Of a DNA stretch of 64,000 nucleotides, positions 50,708-64,000 are shown piece after piece. The translations under genes and the position numbers were made by a program. The stretch's first letter is position 1. The number at the start of each line of letters is the position of its first letter. Below the pieces are notes generated by a model. It made no database searches and was not told the origin of the DNA. It worked only from the letters and a program-made list of their open reading frames with translations. This DNA is from Epiperipatus broadwayi (taxonomy: Eukaryota; Animalia; Onychophora), in the NCBI GenBank assembly GCA_028023455.1, contig JAQFVV010000010.1, forward strand, positions 17,298,001-17,362,000, given 5' to 3'.

Positions 50708-52419
50708 TGCTATTTGATATTACTAATGAGCATATGATAATTTTATATCTCTTAAAAATTAAATGTAAATTTAATTTAATCTTTTAAAACAAAAATATTT
50801 ATTTGAAATGGATTATAAAATAAATGCAAAAGCTATTATATATATAAAAAAAAAAATTGCATAAACAATCTGAATGAGATTTTTTTTTTTTTACTTGATA
50901 AATTGAAATATCTTTCATGTTCACATAGGAATTTATGAACTTTATAATTGAATCTTAATCAAGATTTTTGATTATATTTCTCACAATTTTGAATTCACTT
51001 CTGATAATATTCAAGGAAAATTCCTTGATAGTGTAGAGATTTTTATACAACATACTGAAAAAAAAAAATTATAATGTGATATGTGTATTATAAAAGCTGT
51101 CTTCTTAACATATAAAGACATTTATCAAAACAATGTTAACTATTAAAGGAATAATTTCCCTTCCCAAATTTTATGAAATTAGGATTATTTTGTATTTTTT
51201 TCTTCACTGAATCATAATTTTTTGATGATCTTTACCACTGTCAGCCATAGAGTTCCTGTCACCATAAAATAACTGTAAATTGAATGCCTCCTACTTTTTA
51301 AAATAATGTAGTTAAAATTTAAAGGTTAAAAACTCATTATATATATTCTGAAAATTAGTATCTGTAATGACACAACAAAAGTCACAGTCACCATACAAAA
51401 ATGCATATAGACTTGAATTGCAGAGACATAAATTACTGATTACTGGCTATATGTTATTGTAATTAGAGATGTACAAACTAGAAAATCTACATAATGATAA
51501 AACTCATTTAAATTTTAATGGAAAAAAAATGAATGAAAAATTTAGTGATTAAAACATTTTTTTAATTTTTACAGAAGTCAAATTTGTTTCATTTATTTAT
51601 ATTTTTTTGCAGACATCACCTTCTTTTGTGATTATGCTCTCTAACCAATTTTTTCTGATAAAATATTGGATGTTAGATGTTTTAATTAATTTTCATCTTA
51701 AAAATGATCATTTGTTGAATTGGAAATGTCAAATATGTTTGAATAGAAAATGAAAATGCTTTCTAAATTATTTTGCATATATGTATTGTAACATTTTCCA
51801 GTAAGTTTAGTATAATATAATGAGATAGAAAATTGGGATTCCCCATGAATTTTAATATGTTTACTCTCACTGATACATAGGTGTTCATTTTGTTGTTATT
51901 TAAGGAAATTGCTTTTCTGGTGACAAGTAATGCAAAGAAAATATAAAAAAAAATCAAGATGATAAAAATATTTTTAAAAAAAAAATAACATAAAACTCTG
52001 AAAACATGTAATTAATAATTTTAAAATCTATAAAAATTTGTTTCAAATTTGTTTATATGTGAGTATATTTTCTTTTAGTTTATGTCAATATTGTTTGTAT
52101 ATCTGAGTCAGTTGATCTACACAAGAGTAATATTTTTCAAATATTTACATTTTCATTGAATTAGAAAATATTATTTTTTCTCTTTTATTTTACTTTCCTT
52201 TAAGTGATTTTAAAGGAAATTTGAAAATATTTTATTTATACTATTATGATAGTATATTTTTAAAAATTTGGTTTGAATTTAATGAGTCTGATATATCACT
52301 TTTACAACTCATATCTTATATCTGCATTTTATTTCTAATACCTTCATACAAAGTTTACTTGTTACATTTTACAAAAAGTTGGTAATGTAAAATACATTCT
52401 GTAACATGAACTTTGGGTG

Positions 52420-52660
52420 AGCTTCTAACTCATCTAGTATTCTTCCAACTCTGTACTATTAATATAAAACAGTGTGCAGTTTTTGCTAAATATTTTTTTC
52501 AGCTCATTGATGCAACATGTCACCTGCTTAACATATAAGCCAACACTTTTTTTAAAGCTATTTCTCAAGATTTATCACGAAATAGCATTCCAAGTTTTAC
52601 TACTCATATTTGAAACAATTATTTGATAAATGTCAATCATCAGCTAAAAATAATTTAACT
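52420..52660 (-). mobile_element. Possible RTE LINE 3' remnant
   Basis: The minus strand has AGCAGGTGACATGTTGCATCAATG (~W.GHV.RM, frameshifted) and an SKTW (~ETW) motif. Heavily decayed. Confidence 0.35.
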
Positions 52661-54449
52661 TTTTCTGTGAAATAATTATTAAAGATAGATACTAACTGTC
52701 ATTTTAATAGTTGAAATATAAATTCTAGTAATTTTTGAAGACCTTCATTATATTAAAAATAAACTCATGTTTATATATTGCATATCTAGATGTTTTTAAA
52801 TAATATTAATTTTATAGATTAAACTAAATTTGTTAAATTTTGCCAGCAAAAGATTTTTTTGCTAAACATTTTCAATAAGTTAAGACTTTCATTTGATAGA
52901 TTTCACAAAATCTGTAGTTGGCTAAGCTATGTAGTATTTATTTCCAACATCATTACTTACATTAGATAGAGCATCATAAACACATCTCATTAGGTTAAAA
53001 CTTATTCAGAGACTTGATTTCTAAATACTTAAAAATTATATCCATAAAAAAATTCAAAATATTGGATATTCATTGTCATATGAATAAAATAAAATTAGAA
53101 GCAGTTCAGTAATATATAGAGGATCTGTTTTTGTATTAAATGATAATGTCAATAATGCAGGCATGATTTACTGTGACATATTTTCAATGACTAAATTTGT
53201 TATTGGTGACTGTGTTGCTTTAGATTATTTATATTTTTATGTAATACTTTTCAGTAAAATAATATTAACATCATATATTCAGTAGATATGGTTATGTATT
53301 ATTTATAGAAAGAAAAAAAATTAGAAAGTTTATGTAATCAATTTGATAGTATTCCTGCACAACCTAAAATACTATTTTTTCATATGAATGCTCTCTGAAT
53401 TTTTATGTTATAAATTATTACAAATCAGACTGTGTTCACTAGTGACTTAAAATTTCAACTTTAATCAATTAATAACATAAGGTACTATCAAATGTAAGCA
53501 TAAACTTCATCAAAATAACAAAAGAGATAACAGAAGGAAAGCATTTCACATAGTAATCATGAGGAAAGTAATTTCACTATATGATAATTGTTTCTTATAA
53601 GTAATGAATAGTAGTAATAATGTATTTGTTATATAGTTGTTATTCAGATTTTATCCAGGAATTGTTAAAAAATAGTTAGCATTATAGATATGTTATAAAT
53701 AATTAAGAATTGTCATTTAAATCAATTTTTATTATGAACTCATTTAAGTAACTTATTATGCTTCCTTTCATATATATGCTAACATTATATATATGTGTGT
53801 GTTTATCGCTCCCTTTTATATATATGCCAACATATATATGTGTGTGTGTTTATCTACTAATCTTATGTTTTATACATTAAAAAATAAACAGGAATTGAAT
53901 TCAAAATGTTATATTTATTTTATATTATTAAAGAGCATAAAATAATTGAATCATCTTTTGTTATTAAAATATTTCCATTAACTTATTTTCCACTAAAAGT
54001 AAATTATTTGAACTTTTTAATTTGATATATATATGTTATATAAATTATGAAATTAATATAGCTTTAAAATTTTGTTGGATGACTTAATATCATAATTATA
54101 TTATTTCACTTATTGCATAACTTTAAAAGTTATTCATAAATGCAATTTAAATGTATTATTATTAATAAATCAAACATAGCATTTATTTCTTCAATTATCT
54201 ATTTTTAATAAAATGCAGTAATTATTTTCAGTGTCTATTTTATTATTAACTAGTCATTTCTAGTATTTGTTTTCTTATTTCATAGTCATTAAGAAATATA
54301 TTTTCGAAAATTAATGGTATCTATTAAAGATATTTTGTTTTATATTACTGAGCTTTATTAATATCTTTCAATGATAGCTGCAGTCTATTAATCATGTACT
54401 GCCTGTTGCTATGGTTTTTGATTTTTTTTTAGTAGAAGATTAATTATGT

Positions 54450-55270
54450 TTAGCCCAGTTGCTAGATTCTGCTGAGATAATTCTTGTGATTACTATGTTC
54501 TAAAAGTTTATAGTCAAATGTCCAGTTAAGGCTTTTTGTTTGTCATTTGAGAATTGCACTATAAACTTTTTTTTACCAACTGGCTACTCAACTAACCATC
54601 TTATTACTAACCCAATGAGTTTTTTCTCTTTATCTCCTTGTAAAAATCAAAATCTGTTTCTAGTAACTTCTTTTTCAATTTTTTAATCAGTTCTCTTCAC
54701 TTTGTGCTTCTGATCCAAGGTATTAAGTTATTATTTCAATATTATAATTCTTAAACTGTGAACAAATTTATATTGCATCAGGAAAAGCATATTTACTATT
54801 AATATGGTATCTTTAAACATCACTCATTTATCTGGACTTTCCATGATAACTTTTTATGATATTTAAACTTTATGTTTATTATTATCTTATTTTTCTTCAG
54901 AAATGTTATTGGTCTTTTGTCTTTTTTATTTTTTAGCACTAACACATATATTTCACCATCCTTTTCTTTTTACTTTATTCTAATGCCTAATTCTAGTCTT
55001 TAATATTATATAATATTCTGCTTCACATTTTACATGATTTCTACTTTATAATCATTCCATCTTTTAGATGATGTGTAAACAAGATCTCTTAGAATAATCT
55101 TCAATTTAATCTATCATTTACAAAAATTTTACTCAAAATCTTTGTGCCAAACAATTTCTATTCCAATATATTGGTGGATATTCATCTTATTAGAAAATAA
55201 AACAAGAATGAAAAAGCTACTAAAACCTTCACCCAGCAGTTGGAAGGCAAATCTGGTAAATAATGCAACC
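54450..55270 (-). mobile_element. Possible RTE LINE RT remnant
   Basis: The minus strand shows weak motifs in RTE order (LVY ~ LAYADD; LGIRIK ~ GL.IN; LGSE ~ YGSE; TGHL ~ WAGH). Many stops. Confidence 0.4.
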
Positions 55271-56404
55271 TTTTTTATTGTTCATCTTTGGGGGTAGGTG
55301 GATTCTTCCCCTTCATTATGCTCTGAAAAGACACTGTTTTTTTAACCTTTATTTTCATTTTTGCTCTTGTTTTTTCTATTTATTTTTATTTTTAAATAAA
55401 TTTTCTTTTATATATATATATTATTAACAGTTGGTGCATCTCTCTATAATTTTTGAATATATTCAACTTACTACTTCTTAACTTAGCTTTTATTTTCCAT
55501 CATTATCAATATTTCTGATTTAAATATACATATGTTTCACAAATAAAAATAAAGATTATAACTATATTTGCTGAGGAACTTGTTCTAAAACTATTTTTTA
55601 AAAAGTGCTGTATAAAAGATACTCCATATAACATGAAACATATCTCATTTGGTGATTTTGAATCCTGTTTATTCTTATGATTTTTGCAACTCAGATGTTA
55701 TTAACAGCCCAGATTTGATTAATATTTTGCTTAAAGACTCTCAGCAATAATTTGCTCTCCCTTTTTAAATCCACTTACATCAGGATGAATTATCTATGAG
55801 CATCAAATTTTGAATAATATAAAAGAGCAATAAAGATAGTTATGGGATGAATATGTTACAATCCTATACCTCTCATTAATAAAGATCAATAGGCAGAAAT
55901 TAGTTATGGTTTGATTGGCTCTTCTATCTGAAGTCAGTTGATTTCTTGTGCAAATATCAAATGTAAATTAAAAGAGCCACATGATAGTTTGTTTAATGGA
56001 ATGGTTTAATCTTGAGTCATTATATCAATTTTTTGTGACTATTTTCTCTATTGTTATATCTATATATGTGTAGACTATATTAAATGCATAATAAAGTTAA
56101 TAATATATATATTATTTTTTATTTTAAAAATATGCTGAAGATATGTAAGGATAGAGAATAATTTAGTGACTCCTAGAGTTCATTTTTCCTAAGGTTTTTT
56201 CTCAATAACCTTAAATACTATTTAGATTTTCAATGCTACACTATTTTGTACTTATCACTGTTCATTACACGGTTTATTAAGATTATTTTATATAAGAAGG
56301 ACTTAGATTAAAATCAAAACAATGGGAAAATGAAAAGAAATTTTATTTTTAAGTCATTAATTAAATATTTCTGAAATACATATTATTTGCAATGATTTCC
56401 TGGC

Positions 56405-56765
56405 AAATACTGTATGTTATTTACTTTTAAACTGCCAAACTTATATATTTTATAACAGTTTGAGAAAGAACCACTTAAAAGAAGGCCCAAAATGTTAGTG
56501 AAATTTAAAAAATGTGAAGAAAAGAACATCAATAATTTGAAAAAAAAAAAGAAAGTTATCCAAAAATTATAATGATATCATTGTAAATACTGAACATTAT
56601 TTACTTTTAAATTGCCAAACAGACAGAGTTTAGGACAGTTTGACAAAGAACCATTTAAATGTAGGCCCAGAGTTTTAGTGAAATTCAAAAATCATAAAGA
56701 AAGGAACATGAATAAGTGGTGAGGAGGGGATATAACATTTAAAAGTTTTCCCAAAATTATAATGA
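56405..56765. repeat. Diverged 180-bp tandem duplication
   Basis: AAATACTG...TTATTTACTTTTAAA(C/T)TGCCAAAC...CAGTTTGA(G/C)AAAGAACCA...GGCCCA...TTAGTGAAATT at 56405 and 56585. Confidence 0.85.
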
Positions 56766-57769
56766 AATTTGACAATCTCAAAGAAAAAGACCAGCTATAA
56801 TCTGAAAGGTGTTTAAAAAATTTGGCTCTGATATAGGTATTGTTTCTATAGTACATTTCTTTTTATATAAATGAATGACATTTTAATGAGACCAAATGAA
56901 TAGAACAAGCAATTTCTAGAATTTCTTTTGATAATATCAAAATGAAGTTTAGATTTAATGTTTTTTTAACATTTTAAAATATTAGTTTGTAGACATTTAT
57001 ATTTAAGAAATCTAGATTATGGTAATATGGTAGCTATGTTTGAATTTGATAAGATATTTGAAATATTATTAATTGCAATTCACTAATAGAAGGTATTTAT
57101 CATATTACTATTACACCAAATGAATTGCATAAGAAAAAAATTATATTTCCAATGTTAAATAACTATCATTGGTATTTTCAATTCAATGGCTAATGTCAAG
57201 ATTTAATTATGGTATTGAAGTTGTCAGAAATTGAAGAAATAAGGATTCATATAAAGCAAGAGTGTTGGTAAATACCTTAAAAATATCTAATTTCTGTCCG
57301 AAATAATGCCACTCAGTAAATTTGTTTAATCTAAATTTGAAGAACTTAAAAACATAAAAACCAGCACAGAAGATTATTTTGTGAATATATATATATATAT
57401 GTAAAATTTGAAGACATTTCTAATGAAGTTGATAATGATTGCACAATGAATCTGATTCTGAGAATAGTTGGAAAACAAGTGCACCAATGTATATTTAAAC
57501 ATTAATCTAAAGAATATTATCCAACAATATTTTTATCCCATTTCTGGATTCTTAAATCATGTGAATGATTCAAAATTTTAAATGTTTTAATTTTAGAATG
57601 TGATCAAATTAAAAACCATCTTGAAGAAAATTTGCAATATTTGTTTAAAGATGTTCTTTAAATATATAAATTTGCAGCTTAAATATATTAATAGTTGAGT
57701 GCAAATCATAGAGAAAAAATATCTAGACAAAAAAAATCTTCCATAATGTGAAACTAGACAAAAAAAATT

Positions 57770-58014
57770 ATCAAATAAATACGAATTTATTGAGGGTTTT
57801 AGTTATTCTTCCAATTAACAATGGTAGTGCTCCAAATGTTATTTTAAATTCTAAGTTTTTTAAAGACCCTGCTTTTGAAATTCAACTTCAGAAAGAGATT
57901 AAGTGGATTAGCCTCTTTATATATATATTGAGACTAACAACCTCAATGTCATACATTAGTAAAGGTAAAATAAGTATTTATAAAAAAATAATAGAAAAAT
58001 TATTAGTCCATTAA
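57770..58014 (+). mobile_element. Decayed hAT dimerisation-domain fragment
   Basis: TNLLRVLVILPINNGS...QKEIKWISLFIYI resembles the hATC pattern ..LL.IL..LPVT..S.ERSFS....Q.RL.GLALL.I, but the ERSFS motif is lost. Confidence 0.45.
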
Positions 58015-60389
58015 TATTTTTGGTGAGATCAGTTTATCAAAATCCAATGCAGATCTAAGAACACAATAGTTTAAAATATAAGAGGACATTAACCTCAACA
58101 GCAAAGGTCAGAATGATTGTAGAATGGAAGAAAGTGTACATGATAGTGAGCTAGTGCAAATGTACACACACACCAGTAACTTCATATATTTATTTATATC
58201 AATAATGTGATACATTTGTTTATAATTATAAAAAAATATATGCTACTATAACTAATAAAATCTTTATGCATATATATATTACTAAATGTGGCTAAATCAA
58301 TTATTATTATTATAAAGTTAATATGACAAAAAAAAAAGATCAACATAACACAACAATGAATAGAACAAAAAAGAAAACATGAACTTGCAAACTGACACTC
58401 ATTCAAAAATAGAATGATATGAAAAAAAAAACATTTTTTGAAGTCAACAGGAATCTTTTTTTTTTAAAAAAGGAAAGATTTAAAAAAAAAATTTGCATAA
58501 TAATAATTAACTACTTTGAAGGCAAAATGATAACTACAGTATTATAAATGGGGATAATATCCTTTTTTTCTTTATCAAACATATTACTAAGGAATTTGAG
58601 GGTACTTAAAACTTTACACTAGTTACTAGTTACTAGCTTATAAATATCTATCTATCTGTAATTACTAACCTGTATTGTCTATTTGGGTGTTATTAGTAAC
58701 AAGTTGTTTGTATTTGGAAAGTTTAAATAAAGTTTATAAAATTTTCTATACATTCAACATTCACTCATAAATGATGGAAATAGTCCAACATATCACATCT
58801 TATAATATACCATCATTACAAACCTTTAGACAAATATGAAGGTAAAAATGTTTTTGATTATTGCATTTATTGTTAACATTAGGTTAAGGGGATGGAGATG
58901 AGGGATTCCTTTTTATTAATTTATAGGTGGATCAAACATTTGCTAATAATAATAATAGAAAGAGTGAATTCAGATATTAAGTGAATTAATGTACATTTTA
59001 ATTTGTTGAAGAATCGCTGAACATTAAAATAAATGAAATAAATATGTTGCTGGAAGTGGATAGACATATTTCGGTTATCAAAACATTAAAAAAGTTTTGC
59101 ATTGAATTAAATCCAATATCATAAGATAGAAACAGTATCAATTAATAAACTTATACCTAGAATATTTTTGCATATTTGATGTTTATAATGTACATTTACC
59201 CTATAAAAACATAAATATCAGGGAAGGATATTTTATTTTGTAATGCAATTGTTTAAAAGAAGGGGGGGGGGGCTACTTGAGAAATTGATATTGTAAAACT
59301 CAATTTCATAAATAAAAGTATCCATAAGTAATATACACAAAATATGGCTTAAGTAACGAAGATTGAAAAGTAAAAACTAATATCTATGTCCTTGTCTTAA
59401 AAATGAATTCATGTGCGAGTTTAGAGGCTTGCTATATTTCTTATCAAATTAATTTATTTAAAATAATTATCATATTTATTACATTGTTTGCATTAGATAA
59501 GTTGTGAATTGGCATGCGCCATGTATTAGTTATTGACTTATTTATTTATTGTTATTATTTAACGTTTCTCTATTATATTAGTTATATTTTAGTAAATAAA
59601 TTTTTGTTTTCTGTGTTATTGATTTTTATTTCAATTCGTCCATTTATCTAGTTACTTATCTTAATTTGGAGTTTATAAGGCATATATGGCAATCATTAGG
59701 GTCAAGTACTTCATAATGCATTATGATTATTAATTCTGCTAATATAGCAATTAGGATCTAATTTTCCAATCTATACTCCCATTGTGTTGACCATCATTGG
59801 TATAACAGGTAAAACAGGATTGTACATATTAATTAGATATTCTGGCTTTCATGGTGTCCAAGAATTACAAATATTTATAAAACTGAATAAAGAAATAAAG
59901 GATATTAATTTCTCTTCTCCTGCTCTATTTTATAAATGTTGTTATATTATTATGCTCCATAAAAATATATTCATTTTTGTTATGTTAATGAAATAATTGT
60001 TAAATGTCTTCAGAAAAGAAAAACAATAACTAGTCTAATTAGTATCTTTATACAATTAAAGTTATTTGATTGATGTTTAAGAATACTTTTTATATGAATA
60101 CCTATAATTTAAAAAGTGTTATTAAAAAAAAGTATCTTTAATCTTTTACAAATAAATGAATTAGTAAATATACATTTGTAATTATAAGTTGGGATATTTA
60201 CATCATCTAGTTTAATTGTAAATATTTTTAGAAAAATTCAAACTTCATTTAATTTTCCAAATGCATTCATCTGTTAATAAAAGAACACAATGGTTAGTTT
60301 ATACCATTCATTTTCATTTTGATGATAATATCTCTTTCAAATATTGCAGGTTTCACCAATAATTGTACTAACATGGGGATCAATGAATT

Positions 60390-61400
60390 ATCTTCAGATT
60401 CTTCAATAATGAATTTAAATTAATGCTTTCTAACAAACACAAGACTTATTAAAGTTCTCAAAGGGTGAAATTAATGAGTGGTTTTCAATTATTATAGATT
60501 ATCACACTAGGTTGACTTATGAAGTACTTTTCATTATTGTGCGCAGTTTCTTAAAAAAAAATTCTTTTTACTATTTTCTATCTGTTCATATTCTTGCCTT
60601 TTTCCATTGATTCTTTTTATTTTTTCTCTTTGCCCAATATTTTTGCTTTTCCCCATTTAAACATATGTTCATCAGTACATGTATCATCTACTACTTTAGT
60701 TTATGTGTTTTTCCCTCTCTAATCATTACTTTGTGCTTTTTTAAATTTTTTTTCCATAGGGAAACTGATTTCACTGAATAATTTTTCCAACTCTTTTTTG
60801 GCTTTTAAGTCACAAATTTTTTGAAACTCTGGAAGTATGCTATTGGTCCTGGAATTGTTCATAGTTTAAAGCAGTCAAGGCAAGTTTAAATTCATCAATT
60901 TTAATGATTTTATTAAATTGGTATTAGAGAAATATTGAAATGAGTTTACACATTTCTCTAATGATGCTTTATTCATTTTATCAATCTTGTTTTTACAAGT
61001 ATGTTTTAGATATCTGAGAAGCATGGATTCTCTGATAACTGTTATTATGAGTTTAGATATCTCTTATTTTGATTCTAGTTTGCTTTCCTTAAATCCATCT
61101 CAAAATAAGATAACTTTCAAATGTAGAAATTTGTTTTCAAAAGTGGTTAGATTTGGTTTGTTTTAGCTATGAGATAAATGATTCAATATCAGTAGATCAA
61201 TAAATAATGACAAAACATTTTTTATTGAAAGAAATCATAAATCAGATTTCTGTTCTTATCTACCTGAATAGAATATCCCTTCTTGTTTGGCATAGTAAAA
61301 TAAGTATATGCTGTTTAAATCCATCCATTCTAAAATTTGACAATCTGTTTGATCCTCATTTGCTATCTCCAAAGACTATTATGAGAAATGAAATATCCCA
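60390..61400 (-). mobile_element. Decayed RTE LINE (APE endonuclease to start of RT)
   Basis: The minus strand gives LIIVFGD (~GDFNA), RTEI*FMI (~R.QIDYI), STDIES (~AD..SDH) and NSRTNSILPEF (~KAPG.D.IP.E) in the expected order. Confidence 0.5.
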
Positions 61401-64000
61401 TAAATATAAGTGTAGAAACATCTCCAAATGTTGATTGCAATATAATTTTAACTATCTTAAATTGAAATTGTTTGATTTACAAGATAGTTTTAAAAAAAAA
61501 GTAACTATTCTATATTCAGGATGCATTCTATTCATAATCTATATAAATCTGGGAAGATATGCACTTACTATAAGATGAATGGTTCATAATATAAAATTAC
61601 ATCTACATTGAACTGAACTATTAATTTGTAGAAGAGCTCCATTTTTATCTACATATATGCTTAGTATTAAATTCTAATAATTTTATTGTGATTCCTCAGT
61701 AAAGGGGGAAAAATCATTCTATATATGATGTCCAATATTGTAGTCATTTTTTAAGAGCATAGGACTCTCACCCTTATAGTTTTAACTTAACTATCTCTCA
61801 TAAATTATCGGAGTTCACATTATTAGTTTTGTTAGGTATCTTCATAATTTGTTGTCTATCAGGAATTAATCAAGATGAAGCCTTGTAATCATGAGGAAAT
61901 ATTGATTTAATGTATGCTTCTTACATATGTTATTGAATGAATTGAATCATGATAATTGTCATTACTTTGTAATAAGTTTATAAAACTGAAATATAATTTA
62001 TTATAGAATTTCATTTTTTAATATGCCATTTGTTTTTTGTTTTTCAACAATATTTTGGGTGTTATATAATTTCTGTTTTAAGGACTATATTAAAGCATTG
62101 TTCTCTGAGATATAAATCAATAATTTAAAAAAAATAGAGCTAAAGATTTTTTGATAAAAGTACAACCAGTCACTTCTAGCATTACAATGTCATATCTACG
62201 ATAGCAAACAATTCACATGCCACTGATTGTATATTTTTGTCATTGTTTTTATTATTTATTAAAATAAGAGTAATCTATATTTATTTTTGAAATTATAAAC
62301 TTAATAATATAAATAAAATAATACAGTATTTTCTTTTAAAATTATAATTGGTCTATAAAAATGAATTTAGATACAAAGATAAGATGGCCAGTCTTATCTT
62401 TTTAAAATCTCTATCTTATGCTTTGGTTTGAGAGTATCCTATGTACTAAGCAAAACATTGTTGAGGTATTAAACTAACATTACAGTGCATATGTGTAGAG
62501 TATAATTTTGTTCTGATTAAAATTAAAATCTTAATACAAATATATGTAAAATTGAATGAAAGTTGTAGTCTTCTTAATCCACTAATAATTTTGACTAACA
62601 TTTATAATTAACTATCATTATTCTTTTGTTTTTATTCTCTTTCCATTTTTTTATGTTATTGTCTACAATTACTTAAATTAGTACTGATTCTATTCTTATG
62701 AACCTCTCATTCCATTGACCATCTTTATTGTACTGTACAATGTAATTTTGAGTCTCTGATCTTCTTTAGTGTACTGTGACAATGGGAATTCATGTTTGTG
62801 CAATCAGATTTTAATCTTTTGCAACTATTTATTTTTTTGTTTCTAACTTTTTATTCTTTGTCTTTTTCTCTTGCTTTATTTTTTATTGTGAAGTAAGAAT
62901 GGCCAAATATATTTATGAGTGATTGCTAATGAGATATTTGAAATTTATTAAATTTAACATCAGTATTAAAATTAAATTAAATGTTATATTATATTTATTG
63001 AAGGATAATTTCTAAGTAAGTAATTACTAAAACAAAACAAAAAAAGATTTATGGAATAAATTTGTGTTATATATATATATTGGAATGAGTCTTTTGATTT
63101 TATGATTTATTTTTCCATTCTTGAAATAATTGTTTTTTAATTCAAAATCTTTATCTTTAAATCTCTAAAATAATTTAATTCTCATTTATTATTATTATAT
63201 ATATAGTAAGAAAATATTTACACTGATAAATTTTCAACAAATGATTGTTGTCATGTATCTATGTTCAATTCTAATTGATTTTTCACCTTGCAAGTATTGC
63301 TATATATCTGACACCATTTGTGATAAATGATGGCCAACCACTAAATATGTTTTTGCTATTGTTATAAAAGTTATAACTTTTAGTGTTTGAATCCTTGCCA
63401 AAATGTCCTGTCATTTTTACTGTTGAATTTTTTTTTTTGTGGTGTTTATATTGAATAGACATTAAGATTTTAACCTGGTTTCAAGTAGTTTAATTCATTC
63501 TAAATGGTTTTTTTCTTTCTAGATACTATTTATGAACTTGATATTTAATGTAAATCTTTCATGTAATTTAAAGCTTTATATTAAATTCATAAATTTAATC
63601 ATGATTTTATTTAACATTACATCTGTATGTACATTTTTAAATGTTATAGTTTGTTAGACAATTATGAAATTTAATAAAACTAATTGTTTCAAAATTGATA
63701 TGTCAACAATTTATTCTTTTAAATTTCTATATTTTCATCATTAAATTTCTTATCAATGATTTTTATTTAAAATATGATTGATTTACCTTAATTTTGTGGA
63801 AGTAGCTTTAGATCTATGATTTTTTTTTTTTTATTCTCTATTCAACCTGTCAATTAAGATACATTTGGGATTTTATTTTTGTTGTTGGTAGTAGTTCTTT
63901 TTTGTCTTGTATTTGATAACATGAATTTAATTTTTATCTATTTTACAGTTTGGTAATCTAAGAAGATTCTGCATTATTTCTTCATTATCTATTGATAATT

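Noticed and set aside
62640-63450. Minus-strand sequence faintly resembling RTE RT
   Set aside because: The motifs are too degraded to support even a low-confidence call.
1-64000. Prokaryotic-type systems (CRISPR arrays, operons, rRNA, defence loci)
   Set aside because: There are no regularly spaced repeat-spacer arrays, no dense ORFs and no rRNA-like sequence. Composition and TE content are eukaryotic.

Overview
This is very AT-rich (roughly three-quarters A+T by eye), largely CpG-depleted eukaryotic DNA of animal, probably arthropod, type. It has no long intact ORF and no host gene that I can identify with confidence, so it reads as intronic or intergenic sequence full of transposon remnants. 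The main structure is a 14.8-kb Ty3/Gypsy-type LTR retrotransposon at 18885-33641. It has unusually long (~2.5 kb) LTRs, gag-like and integrase remnants, no recognisable PR/RT/RNaseH, and a hairpin directly before the polypurine tract. Three DNA transposons are nested inside it: a complete but pseudogenised 3.3-kb hAT (ZMYM1-like transposase, 11-bp TIRs, 8-bp TSD) in the 5' LTR, a 1.2-kb TIR element with an apparent 6-bp TSD in the 3' UTR, and a 1.2-kb TA-flanked TIR element in the 3' LTR. The most unusual locus is 15645-16530. There a Penelope-like (PLE) GIY-YIG fragment is joined back-to-back to an inverted copy of its own 3' end, and both arms carry a tRNA-like A/B-box module. The + arm is followed by a degenerate hammerhead-like motif and has been interrupted by a retroposed pre-tRNA-Gly(TCC) with an A-tail and a 12-bp TSD. 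A second inverted repeat at 44095-44495 contains a decayed minimal hammerhead. Other features are a hAT MITE (50311-50707), mariner, Buster/GTF2IRD2-type hAT and RTE LINE fossils, several tandem duplications, and two CpG-retaining islands (~37-39.6 kb and ~48-50.2 kb). The second island has splice-site-bounded blocks that could be exons. All protein assignments come from motif recognition by eye, not from database searches.
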